Source: an uncultured virus (IMG/VR IMGVR_UViG_3300042898_003763)
Taxonomy: Duplodnaviria; Heunggongvirae; Uroviricota; Caudoviricetes
Length of the DNA stretch: 64,000 bases
Reading direction: 5' to 3' (one strand)
IMG/VR virus record: IMGVR_UViG_3300042898_003763
This document shows positions 9,955 to 19,575 of the stretch, in pieces. Within the stretch, counting starts at the first letter, position 1. The number at the start of each line of letters is the position of its first letter. The notes beneath the pieces were generated by a model that saw only the letters and a list, made by a program, of their open reading frames with translations, was not told where the DNA came from and did not search any database. Both the position numbers and the translations under genes were made by a program.

Positions 9955-10485
9955 TTATATTGTTGGTACGTTAGCAATATTGTTAAACGCTAATATTGTA
10001 TATCTTTTAGTTACATACGATAAAGGCTCTAATCTAACAAAATAATTTTCTTTAATATAAAATTTTGTACTATCCATCATTAATGTCGCCAATCTAAAAG
10101 AATTATTATTCAAATTTTGAACAAAAGTATTTGCGCCTATAATTTCATTTGTATCCGAATCTAATAATATTGCACATGGAACAAATCCAAAATTGTGATT
10201 TGCTATTGTGTAGATATTGGTTCCATGATTTGGGAAATTAGGTGCGCTCTTGCCTTTTTTATTATTCTCATCGGTATTTACTTCAATGTTTGAATACGAT
10301 TGCACAAAATTAGTTTTCCATAAAATATTAAAATACTCAAAACGAGTATCAAAATATATACGATCTAAACTATTCAACGGATTATTCAATGGAGTATTAC
10401 TACCCGTTTGCCCCGTAGGATTATTAAAGATAGAAACTACCTTTTTGCCTGAAACTGTGCCTGCCCAAAAAACATTAGTCGACAT
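9955..10485 (-). CDS. Hypothetical tail-associated protein
   Basis: Operon packing; HNFGFVP motif of the kind seen in tail-tip accessory proteins. Confidence 0.65.
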   Translation of the reverse strand: MSTNVFWAGTVSGKKVVSIFNNPTGQTGSNTPLNNPLNSLDRIYFDTRFEYFNILWKTNFVQSYSNIEVNTDENNKKGKSAPNFPNHGTNIYTIANHNFGFVPCAILLDSDTNEIIGANTFVQNLNNNSFRLATLMMDSTKFYIKENYFVRLEPLSYVTKRYTILAFNNIANVPTI

Positions 10486-11122
10486 TTTTTAATATTTTAT
10501 TTCTATAAATTACAGCAATTTTTTGTTTATAACTTAGCGTCAAATCTTGTATAGTAGAAAATCTTCCGGCTAAATGATGCAAAATTTTTCCCTCACCTAA
10601 ATATATTGCCCCATGATTTGGCATAGAGCTTCCTATCCTCATAATTAATACGTCATGCTTTTGTATATCGGATACTTCTTCGAATGAATAATCCTTTGCA
10701 TTATCTACATATAAGTTCTCACCTTGAGTCCACCATTCCCAATTTCTTTGTATATTTGTTGGCAAGTAAATATTAAAATTTCTTTTATAATAATCTCTTA
10801 TCAATGTGTAGCAATCAAATAAACCATGTAAGAATGGTCTATTTTCAAAATTAGCATTCTCAAAATACCGATTAGGTATAAAAATTTCTGAAATATTTTT
10901 AGAAGAACCTATTGTAACAATTGGTATTTTTATAAAATTCAATAACTCTCGTTCTTCGAAGGTTAATTTATCTACTTCTGCATTTACTTTTTTTAATAAT
11001 AATACTACTGATTTATTTGCAGTATCTGTTAAAATTAATTTACCTTCTTGTTGACTAAGAAATAATTTATTTTCTTTTTCTAAAATCTTAAAAAATTCAT
11101 CAGGAACATTATGACCTAGCAT
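10475..11122 (-). CDS. NlpC/P60 peptidase, lambda gpK-like
   Basis: RPFLHGLFDCYTLIRDYY, WW..GENLY and PNHGAIYLGEGKILHH (catalytic Cys/His/His). Confidence 0.88.
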   Translation of the reverse strand: MLGHNVPDEFFKILEKENKLFLSQQEGKLILTDTANKSVVLLLKKVNAEVDKLTFEERELLNFIKIPIVTIGSSKNISEIFIPNRYFENANFENRPFLHGLFDCYTLIRDYYKRNFNIYLPTNIQRNWEWWTQGENLYVDNAKDYSFEEVSDIQKHDVLIMRIGSSMPNHGAIYLGEGKILHHLAGRFSTIQDLTLSYKQKIAVIYRNKILKNVD

Positions 11123-11123
11123 A

Positions 11124-12740
11124 TTAAATTTCTATTCGAATAAACTTACTGTTCAAATCTATAACCATTCTACCGTCGGTTGACCTTAATACACCGGTAG
11201 TTACTGTACCTAAATTCTGCGAAATTTCTGATAGATTATTCGCACTAACTGATATACCTGTAAATATATTTGGAGCCAATTGTGCTCGTTGTATTGTACC
11301 TGCAACAATTTTTGTGCCATCTATTGTATTTGCTGCTAATTTATTACCGGTAATCGAATTGTCTTGTATCTTTGTAGATGTTACAGAGTTTGTACTTAAC
11401 TTTGCAGACGTTATTGCAAAATCGGCAATTTCTCTAGTTGTAATAGTATTACTTACTAATTTACTACCAATAATAACATTGGATGCAATTTTACTAGTTA
11501 TAACCGCGTTTGAAGCCAACTCTACGTTACCTACTTGTCCCGCATTTAATACTATGCCTGTAACTGAACCAGATACTCCAGGTGTATAAAAATTCCACGA
11601 AGTTTTAGCCGTATTTAAAATATAGGATGTGCCACCTACAATAATTAGATCGCCGGCATTATAATTTGATATATCGGAAGGTAATGAAGATAATGTTGGT
11701 ACTCTTGCAATAACCGTATTACCCGTATATGCTGATATTGTACGCCATGCTGAAGTATCAAAAATATATAATCCGGCATTAGTTCCAGTTTTTCTAAATA
11801 AATCACCTACATTTGCTGATAATGTTGATGGTAATGTTGCGCCTGCACCTATGCCGCTACTACCGCTAGCACCGGATACATAGCTGGCTAATGTTTGCCA
11901 AGCTCCACTTATAAAAATATATGCAACACTACCTACTACTACAGTTCTGCCTGAATAATTTGCCGGATTGCCGACTGCCGGTAATGATACTAATACTTCA
12001 ATACCTGTAAGAGATGTACCCGCAATTACACTTGATAAAGTTTTCCATGTGCCTGATAAGTACACATATGCTGCGGAATTGCCTGTCTCATAAAATAAAG
12101 TACCTTCGGGGGAAGAAATTGGTCTAATTGTACCAATAGTAAACGCAGTAGTTCCTCGGAATCTATCCCACCGCAAATCCGAACCAGCTAATCTACTTAT
12201 GCTTGGATTTGCTGCCAACCCTGCGCCGTTTCCAATAGGATATCTTGAATATATCCATATATCTCCAGTATAGAAAACAATTCTACCTTCTTCGTTTCCT
12301 ACTGTCGGTAATGCTGATACAACAGGAACTCCATTAATCGTAACTGTAGTATTGCCTGAGCCGGTATTTACTACTATATTAGCAGCACTTACCCCACCCG
12401 TAAAATTCGTTATTTGGGCAGTTACATAATCCTGTGTGGCTAAATTTTGATTATACCAGGTAATTGTTCCATCTTCGTTTATTAAAAGAGATTCTACCCC
12501 ATTTAATGAAAAGCCAATTTGCCCTGCAGCTTTTCTAAACATACCCGTATCTTTATCCCCCGCCCACGTAAAACCTGGAGAAAGTTTTTGATCGCTTCCG
12601 TATGCAAAAATTTGTCCTCCCGAGTATAGAGAATTGAAATTTTCATTTACCTTAATGAAAGCATCACGTAGTATGTCGCCATCTCCTGCATTAGGAGTGG
12701 TACCTACATTTACATTTGAAAGGTTTTTGGATACTGGCAT
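11124..12740 (-). CDS. Tail fibre/spike with gp9/gp10-type N-terminal anchor
   Basis: N-term NVGTTPNAGDGDILRDAFIKVNENF; LP..G..Y..W repeats; 10-residue ITxxKIxxNx repeats; C-term LSEISQNLGTVTTG. Confidence 0.75.
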   Translation of the reverse strand: MPVSKNLSNVNVGTTPNAGDGDILRDAFIKVNENFNSLYSGGQIFAYGSDQKLSPGFTWAGDKDTGMFRKAAGQIGFSLNGVESLLINEDGTITWYNQNLATQDYVTAQITNFTGGVSAANIVVNTGSGNTTVTINGVPVVSALPTVGNEEGRIVFYTGDIWIYSRYPIGNGAGLAANPSISRLAGSDLRWDRFRGTTAFTIGTIRPISSPEGTLFYETGNSAAYVYLSGTWKTLSSVIAGTSLTGIEVLVSLPAVGNPANYSGRTVVVGSVAYIFISGAWQTLASYVSGASGSSGIGAGATLPSTLSANVGDLFRKTGTNAGLYIFDTSAWRTISAYTGNTVIARVPTLSSLPSDISNYNAGDLIIVGGTSYILNTAKTSWNFYTPGVSGSVTGIVLNAGQVGNVELASNAVITSKIASNVIIGSKLVSNTITTREIADFAITSAKLSTNSVTSTKIQDNSITGNKLAANTIDGTKIVAGTIQRAQLAPNIFTGISVSANNLSEISQNLGTVTTGVLRSTDGRMVIDLNSKFIRIEI

Positions 12741-12744
12741 ATTT

Positions 12745-12951
12745 TCAACTTAAATTTAAATGGGTTTTAATCTTTTCAAGTTCGGCTTTTAACATATTTA
12801 TTTCCGTTTCCAACGCACGAACTCGTGTAGCTTGTTTTCTTTTTTCTCGATACTCTTGTACCATTCTTAAATTTGTATTTAAAATGGCACCATTCTCCGG
12901 ATCTTTAACATAATCCGTATTATTCTCAATTGCTAAAAATTGTTTATTCAT
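12745..12951 (-). CDS. Small conserved coiled-coil protein
   Basis: KDPENGAILN followed by a heptad C-terminus; start re-called at MNKQ. Confidence 0.7.
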   Translation of the reverse strand: MNKQFLAIENNTDYVKDPENGAILNTNLRMVQEYREKRKQATRVRALETEINMLKAELEKIKTHLNLS

Positions 12952-12952
12952 T

Positions 12953-14689
12953 TTATGCAATTAAAGATGTTGCAATTAATTTTCTTATCTTTGGCAAATA
13001 TACTGGGTTAGCCGCATAGAAAACAACCTTTATTTGATACTGAAAAAAGTCATCATACGTAGGAGTTTGACCTTCTGTGTCTGATAAAGTTTTAGTGGGT
13101 GTATATTCAAATCCAGGTTCAAGTAATTTATAAATTTCTTGAGTAAATAGGGTATCGTCTGTACCGGCAAACGATTTAGTTTGTCCTAATGCTAAAGGAA
13201 CCCGAGTCCATGGTCTTGATGCAATACCGGCGGTATACGACTTGTCGTTTCTAGATATAACTCTCGCAAAAACTTCAATATCAGACCCAACTTTTCTATT
13301 AACTTCCATTCTAACTTCTAATCCGGTTGAATCTAAATTTTCCGTTAATGTGACAACTTTACTAATATACCTAGCTAATGCGTCACCATTATTAGAATTT
13401 AACTCAGAGTCGGATATGTTTGTAGTATATGGAGTAATATTTGTTCTAAATACTTGCGATTTAATTAGTTGTTTATCTAATATTGGAGATACGTCTTGCG
13501 ATTTCGTTGTTATTGAAATCTGCAGTTTAATATCACCCGCATCTTTTATACTTTGCCTTCCTGCAATATCTAACGCATCGCCCGCATTTATTACCTTTGC
13601 GTCATTTTGGTCTCGATTTACGCTATCGTTAGTTGTTACAATTTTATATTCTGCAAATGCAGTATCGCCTAATGCGATATCTGTAGATAATAAGCGAATT
13701 CTATTATAATCAATCTGTTTAATATCTGGGGAAATTAATTCAAATGTAGATGTTCCTGTTTCGAATTTTGCTTTTCTAAGATAAAAAGTTAAATCCTCAT
13801 TATCATCACCTACCCAATTTCCAGTATTTTGTGCTTTAAATAATCTACCCGCAAACGGATTTTTTACAATTTTACCATCGCCTCGTTTTGCAGATAATAT
13901 TGTATACTTTGATGATTTTGTTACTACACAAAATGCATATTCGCCAGGTTTTAAATATACTGGAAAATCAAAAGTAAAATTTGTTGCTTGATAATTTTGA
14001 CCGGGCAATGGTACTGCCGGTATGTTTGTTGGTGCAACAAAAATGGAAGTACCTGAAAAATATTCGGTGGTCGAAGGTGTTCCTCCAGACATAGGACGTA
14101 ATTCTACTCCTATCGGAAATTTATCATCTATTGCGGAAATAAACAATGCTATACCGGTCAATACAATTCCTAAAGGATACGCACTTTCATCTACAGAGAA
14201 AGTCTGCGATAACGGATCTAACCGAGTAGTTGTTATACTAGGATCGCCCGATGACCCAGAATTATCTGCTCTAAATTTTTCAGTTCTTCTTAATGATATA
14301 GTACCGCCCTGTTCAGTATCTACAAGGTTAAGCCCATGATTCATTAAAACTGTTTCGGACACATATTTACAATCCGCAACCCCGTTGGGGCTATCGCCAA
14401 ATGTTATACGTATTTCACCTGCTAAAAATTTATATTGTCCTTCTGTACTAGGAATATAAAGATATCCTACTGCGGTACCTAACTGATCCGTTACAATTGG
14501 ATCAGCGATTAATGCGCCTGTAGTAACTGGCCCGGTAAAATTTGTAACATTGACGCCATTTACATACGAATAAATTCTAATGTTAGGTGGCATCTCAGAT
14601 ACAGCAAAGGACATAAGTTCTGACCCAGCATATACCGGAACATCTTTTTTCAATGTTTTAGCTGTACTAATAGTACTTGTTGTCGCCAT
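12953..14689 (-). CDS. Virion structural protein (C-terminal VrlC/DUF4815-like part)
   Basis: DPLSQTF, FDFPVYLKPGEYAF, GRLFKAQN..W..EDLTF, ARYISKVVTL, QYQIKVV..PKIRKL. Confidence 0.75.
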   Translation of the reverse strand: MATTSTISTAKTLKKDVPVYAGSELMSFAVSEMPPNIRIYSYVNGVNVTNFTGPVTTGALIADPIVTDQLGTAVGYLYIPSTEGQYKFLAGEIRITFGDSPNGVADCKYVSETVLMNHGLNLVDTEQGGTISLRRTEKFRADNSGSSGDPSITTTRLDPLSQTFSVDESAYPLGIVLTGIALFISAIDDKFPIGVELRPMSGGTPSTTEYFSGTSIFVAPTNIPAVPLPGQNYQATNFTFDFPVYLKPGEYAFCVVTKSSKYTILSAKRGDGKIVKNPFAGRLFKAQNTGNWVGDDNEDLTFYLRKAKFETGTSTFELISPDIKQIDYNRIRLLSTDIALGDTAFAEYKIVTTNDSVNRDQNDAKVINAGDALDIAGRQSIKDAGDIKLQISITTKSQDVSPILDKQLIKSQVFRTNITPYTTNISDSELNSNNGDALARYISKVVTLTENLDSTGLEVRMEVNRKVGSDIEVFARVISRNDKSYTAGIASRPWTRVPLALGQTKSFAGTDDTLFTQEIYKLLEPGFEYTPTKTLSDTEGQTPTYDDFFQYQIKVVFYAANPVYLPKIRKLIATSLIA

Positions 14690-14691
14690 TT

Positions 14692-17600
14692 TTAAATTCC
14701 TATTAAAGAATAATTTATAGATTTGTAACCATTACTTTCAATTTTTACTGCATTAGGATATAGTTTTTCTACATCCTGCGCCATAAACCCTAAATACTTG
14801 CCGTGCCCTGCAATGCCTTTAAATTGTTTCTTATATTCAAATTCATATAACCTTAAACCATTCGGCAATTTTTTCTTAAATCTAATATTTTCCTTCATCC
14901 GCTCATCTGAAAATAGACTCTTAATACCTTTCCAAATCCATTGGCCGACTTTTACTGCTGCATATGCTAATGCCACTACTGCTACTACTTGAATAAATGG
15001 TCCTGCTGCGTATAGTGCAGATGTTATAGACGCCGCACTACTAGCAATTGCCGCAGTTGCTGTTCCTAATATAGGTATACCGGTGGTTGCTGCCGCAAGA
15101 CTCGACGCACCTGCTGCCAATGAACCCCAAGTCGCTGTGACTAAACCTGAAGTAATCAAACCTATACCTGTAGAAACTCCGGTTAATGTTGCACTAAATG
15201 ATTGATTAAAAATGCTTGCTAATGCGTCTGCAATTAATGTAGATCCCTGCGATACAGCACCCCATGCAGCTTGACCAAATACTGATTGACCTACCGCTGA
15301 TACAATTCCTCCACTACCGGTTAATGAGGATGATCCGCTAGCTAACCCATAAATCCAATCAATTGCTCCTGTGGCTGCCCTATATGGCCAAGAAACCATT
15401 TTTAGAAACCCGTCTATTGTAGTAAATGTTTCAAGCACCGTATACCCTAACGTTCTTGCAGTTTCCCATACTACTGCAAGAGTAGATTCACTTAACCAGG
15501 ATGCTCCTTTAAAATATTCATATAAGCCATATAATGCTGCGCCGGTTAATAACATATTAATTGCAAAACTATTGCTCTTAGAAATTTTAGCTCTACCTTT
15601 ACCGTCATCTATTCCGCCAGGATTGACTGCGATAGTAGAGTTTGCTTCTAAATTAGAAACATAAATTTCTTCTACATATTTTTTCGTTATAATATCATTG
15701 AATAAGTAAATATCTGTATCTTGAACTAATAACATATCAATATTTGAAGAATCAAATCCTGGATAACATTCTCCTGCATCATTATCTAATACACAAGTAA
15801 AATATCCTGATGCTAAATCCGCAGTATTAAAGTCATCAAAATTTTCAACTAGAATACCAGATTTTAATAATTCTGTTTCTTGATCTGTATCTAAAATTAT
15901 TGATTTTAAAATTGCAAGTTCTGCAGTTTGTAATTTAACCGTTCTATCTAAGTCAATTGCTAAATTTTCCAATTTAGCGATATCTCTCATAGTGAATCGT
16001 TTATTATCTTCGTATGTGATTTTAACATCAAACCCATTAATTGCATATGGAGGAATATCTAATGTTGCAATTGATAATTTTGTTAAATCTGAATTATCTG
16101 TACTTGCCTCAGGATTTACCGACTCTTTACCTACTTCGACATAAAACTTATCATAAGGTGAAGTAAAATTTTGACGAGTGTTCGTTACATAAATTCTATC
16201 TTTTCTTCCTATGTAATATGTTACATCTACTTCTGTAGTTACTGTTGAATTCGGAATAATTGCAGTATCAAAATTTTGATATTTAGAACCATCTACTCGT
16301 CTTGGTCTAAAATCTAAGCAATCTCTAAGATTATATGTTTTTGCATCTACTACAGATTTATATACAGGAATACTGCTATAAAAATTCGCAGGATATGATT
16401 CTACTGTAACGGGGCCTTCGCCTGCATGCGTAAAATAACTTATAACGGTTAAAACCTGTCCAGGTGGTACTGCTTCGATATCCCGATTAACGTATGTAAT
16501 TGTACCATGATCGTAGAATTGATCTCGTTGCCCGTTATCTAAATTATAGTCTCTGGAATTTTCCTGTTGCATTAATATCCAGGTCTGCGAATCTGTTGGA
16601 GACACATTTGCAGACGGTGCAATAGCTTTGTAAACGGCAGATCCATATACTATAAGATCATCATATGTATATGACGTTGCAGAATTCCATTGACCCTGAT
16701 ACTTAAAAGATAATCCATCATAGAAAGGACTATTGTTATCTTTTTCTAAAAAGGTTTTGGAGCTTGTCCGAGTTCTAGCATAATCTATAGTACCAAATGG
16801 TGCAGCTAATGCAAAATCTTCTTTTATTGCATTAATATTGCTACCGGCAGCAATCCATCTATTATACCAATATGCTACACCCTCCGTATCGGGTTCTCTA
16901 TATAGTCCGTAAAATGCGGTCGCCGGAGTACCAAAATTTCCTAATAATGCATTGGTTTCATATAATTGCGCTGCAATATACCTACCATCTACTTCAGGTA
17001 TTCCAAATTCAGTTGCCCAATCTGCCCATGTGGTATCCGACACATTATCAATTTTATAAACACCATTAAACGATACAATATCTGATACACCTAATGAGAA
17101 TGGGAGTTCTGCTAGAGATACATTTGTAATTACTGCATGATTTTCAACTAACGTCTTAGTTCTAGGAACTACATCATTATTTTCTATAACCATTGCAATA
17201 TCGCAAAGCCCGGTAAAGGTAGGATCACCTAAATCAAAATTTACGGTAGTTGCATCTGATGAAATCGTTACGGTACCATTTTCAAAATTAAATACACCTA
17301 ATGGAACATTTACGGTTGCACCCGTTTTAACTAATACTATGAAGTTTGCTCTTGCAGTGCTAGCAGGAATTACTCCGTCTCCCAATGCAAATGTTTCTGG
17401 ATATGACACTGTTCTAGAATGTGTGCCTGAGGAGAATACTGCACTTGAAACAACTTTGGTATAATTTGTATTTAATCTATCTAAAGTTTTAATATAAGAT
17501 TTACTAATTGGCGATATTAACGATGTAGTATCTTTATTACTATCAAAGAATATTGCTTCTCCGCTTTTGGTATTAATTCCGCTAGCGGCAATTTTTGCAT

Positions 17601-19566
17601 AAAAGAATGGATTAGAATAGGTCGCAGATGTTCCATGCGATGTTAAATTATTCGCAACCCCTACTATACTTCGAATTTGTCTAGTATTTAATAATCCGTC
17701 ATAGAATGGACTATTATTAATTCTTTCTAAGTATGTCTTTACACTTGTTCTAACTCTATCATAATCAATATCCCCGGATGGAATAGAAAATACAAAATTT
17801 TCTTTAATTTTAGAAATGTCTTTTCCTGCTGCAACCCATCCGGAATGCCAATACGCCAATCCTCCAGTATCCGGTTCTCTGTAAATACCATAGTACGGTG
17901 TACTTGCAGCACCAAAATTTCCTAATAGAGCATTCGTCGTATATAATTCCGAAGCTATATATTGTCCTTCTTCTACTGGTATATTATATTTAAAAGCCCA
18001 TTCTGACCAAGATGCAGACGCTTCCTTAACTGGCGAATAATCATGAAAGAATAATTTTAATACGGTTCCTGTAACGGAATCAATATAACTATCATATTCT
18101 ATATTTTTATAGGTTATCGTACCAACCAAAGTATCACTTGATGTAGGATTTTCTACATTGTGTAATTCTAAAAATAATGAGCTTGCAACTAAATCCGACG
18201 GAGAAATAATTTTTTTACTTAAACCATTTACTCTAAAATAATTTCCGTATGTAGTATTAACATTAAATCCTAATTTGGTTTCAGTCGCGCCTGGCTTAGG
18301 TACAAGAATTTCTGTACTATCGACTGTTTTAACTTGATACCCACCCACATATGCTTTACCTGGAGATATTTTAAATCTCATATCTACGTTTGCTTCTAAC
18401 GTATTATCTGCAGATATTTGGAATTGGTCTACAACATAACTACCCGATTCGTCATATGTTCTTTCCGCCAATTTTTTATCTAATTCTGCATCATTAGAAA
18501 GCTCTACGTTATATTCAATTTTGCCTTTATTGAAAACTAATAATGGTATTAAATTTTTATCTTCTTCTGTAGTATTTGCTAAATCTAAAGACGCTAAATT
18601 TAAATCAATTTTTAATCTATCAGCACCAGATGCAAAGTAATTAGAACTTTCTAATGCAGGATCTAATAAGCTAGGATCATCGTCACTTGTAATAATTTGT
18701 TGATCCGATAAAAATGCAATTAACTTAGTCGGATATGCGGTTCTTTTATCCGGTACAATTTTTTGATTTACGCATGTTATAAAATACCCAGATTTATAAA
18801 ATACTGCGGTATCTTGTGTAAAAATTGTAGTAGGGTTTGTTGCTTTATTCACAAACGAAATATTTTCACTACCAAAAGAAGTGCCAGGTGGCTCGCTTAT
18901 TTCTAATGTCTGTGTACCTACTATAGATGTCACATATATTAATTTTGAAATCTTAGGATGAACTAAAAGATCACCTACTTCTATAATTGTACTAGGATTG
19001 TCTAATGTAACAAACGTAGAATATTGCGTAACGGTGCAAATCGCATTCTTTGTAATATCTGTTGCGGTCAATGCAGTATAATTGGGAGTATATTTGTTTA
19101 ATGCATCGGTATAATCAAGATAAAAATCTAATTGTGTATCTTGATTAAACATACCCGCATTAGAAGTATTGTATCTCTTTAAAGACACAACTACACTTGG
19201 AGGATCACCTATATTAGGATCATCCGCTTCATAAACAAATTCCACTATACCTAATACTTCAGAATCTGCTGAGGTAACATATGTACCTAGCAAACTTTGT
19301 AGATTTATAGGTATACCGAGAGCATCTGTAGTTTTTAACTTAATTGTTCGAGAATTTTCATTTACCGATGGCTTCGGTCCTCTTACTTTTGCCCCATCTG
19401 AGAATAAGAAATTGCCTACTGCCTTTACTTGATTCTGCAGTATAGATTGCGTTTGAGTAAGTTCTCTTGCTTGAACGGCAAATCCGGGTTTAAATAGTAT
19501 TTTAACATAATTTTTAGTTTCGTCAAAATCATCAAAATATGGGGAGACTGAAGTATTTACTGCCAT
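14692..19566 (-). CDS. Large virion structural protein (VrlC/DUF4815-like) with C-terminal S74 chaperone domain
   Basis: SPYFDDFD, LFKPGFAVQARELTQTQSILQNQ, GADRLKI, LAERTYDESGSY, LRDCLDFRP, NKRFTMRDI; C-term SDERMKENI..GFMAQDVE. Confidence 0.85.
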   Translation of the reverse strand: MAVNTSVSPYFDDFDETKNYVKILFKPGFAVQARELTQTQSILQNQVKAVGNFLFSDGAKVRGPKPSVNENSRTIKLKTTDALGIPINLQSLLGTYVTSADSEVLGIVEFVYEADDPNIGDPPSVVVSLKRYNTSNAGMFNQDTQLDFYLDYTDALNKYTPNYTALTATDITKNAICTVTQYSTFVTLDNPSTIIEVGDLLVHPKISKLIYVTSIVGTQTLEISEPPGTSFGSENISFVNKATNPTTIFTQDTAVFYKSGYFITCVNQKIVPDKRTAYPTKLIAFLSDQQIITSDDDPSLLDPALESSNYFASGADRLKIDLNLASLDLANTTEEDKNLIPLLVFNKGKIEYNVELSNDAELDKKLAERTYDESGSYVVDQFQISADNTLEANVDMRFKISPGKAYVGGYQVKTVDSTEILVPKPGATETKLGFNVNTTYGNYFRVNGLSKKIISPSDLVASSLFLELHNVENPTSSDTLVGTITYKNIEYDSYIDSVTGTVLKLFFHDYSPVKEASASWSEWAFKYNIPVEEGQYIASELYTTNALLGNFGAASTPYYGIYREPDTGGLAYWHSGWVAAGKDISKIKENFVFSIPSGDIDYDRVRTSVKTYLERINNSPFYDGLLNTRQIRSIVGVANNLTSHGTSATYSNPFFYAKIAASGINTKSGEAIFFDSNKDTTSLISPISKSYIKTLDRLNTNYTKVVSSAVFSSGTHSRTVSYPETFALGDGVIPASTARANFIVLVKTGATVNVPLGVFNFENGTVTISSDATTVNFDLGDPTFTGLCDIAMVIENNDVVPRTKTLVENHAVITNVSLAELPFSLGVSDIVSFNGVYKIDNVSDTTWADWATEFGIPEVDGRYIAAQLYETNALLGNFGTPATAFYGLYREPDTEGVAYWYNRWIAAGSNINAIKEDFALAAPFGTIDYARTRTSSKTFLEKDNNSPFYDGLSFKYQGQWNSATSYTYDDLIVYGSAVYKAIAPSANVSPTDSQTWILMQQENSRDYNLDNGQRDQFYDHGTITYVNRDIEAVPPGQVLTVISYFTHAGEGPVTVESYPANFYSSIPVYKSVVDAKTYNLRDCLDFRPRRVDGSKYQNFDTAIIPNSTVTTEVDVTYYIGRKDRIYVTNTRQNFTSPYDKFYVEVGKESVNPEASTDNSDLTKLSIATLDIPPYAINGFDVKITYEDNKRFTMRDIAKLENLAIDLDRTVKLQTAELAILKSIILDTDQETELLKSGILVENFDDFNTADLASGYFTCVLDNDAGECYPGFDSSNIDMLLVQDTDIYLFNDIITKKYVEEIYVSNLEANSTIAVNPGGIDDGKGRAKISKSNSFAINMLLTGAALYGLYEYFKGASWLSESTLAVVWETARTLGYTVLETFTTIDGFLKMVSWPYRAATGAIDWIYGLASGSSSLTGSGGIVSAVGQSVFGQAAWGAVSQGSTLIADALASIFNQSFSATLTGVSTGIGLITSGLVTATWGSLAAGASSLAAATTGIPILGTATAAIASSAASITSALYAAGPFIQVVAVVALAYAAVKVGQWIWKGIKSLFSDERMKENIRFKKKLPNGLRLYEFEYKKQFKGIAGHGKYLGFMAQDVEKLYPNAVKIESNGYKSINYSLIGI
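16711..17028 (-). repeat. Copy 2 of a 106-aa internal domain (REPD..G.AYW, DUF4214-like)
   Basis: Colinear with 17692-18009; shares TNALLGNFG, YREPDT.G.AYW and NNSPFYDGL. Confidence 0.9.
17692..18009 (-). repeat. Copy 1 of the 106-aa internal domain
   Basis: Colinear with 16711-17028. Confidence 0.9.
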
Positions 19567-19575
19567 GGTTTTTCC

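Noticed and set aside
16711..18009. Duplicated segment as a diversity-generating retroelement TR/VR pair
   Set aside because: Both copies are in-frame parts of one CDS, differences are not adenine-specific, and no reverse transcriptase is in the window.
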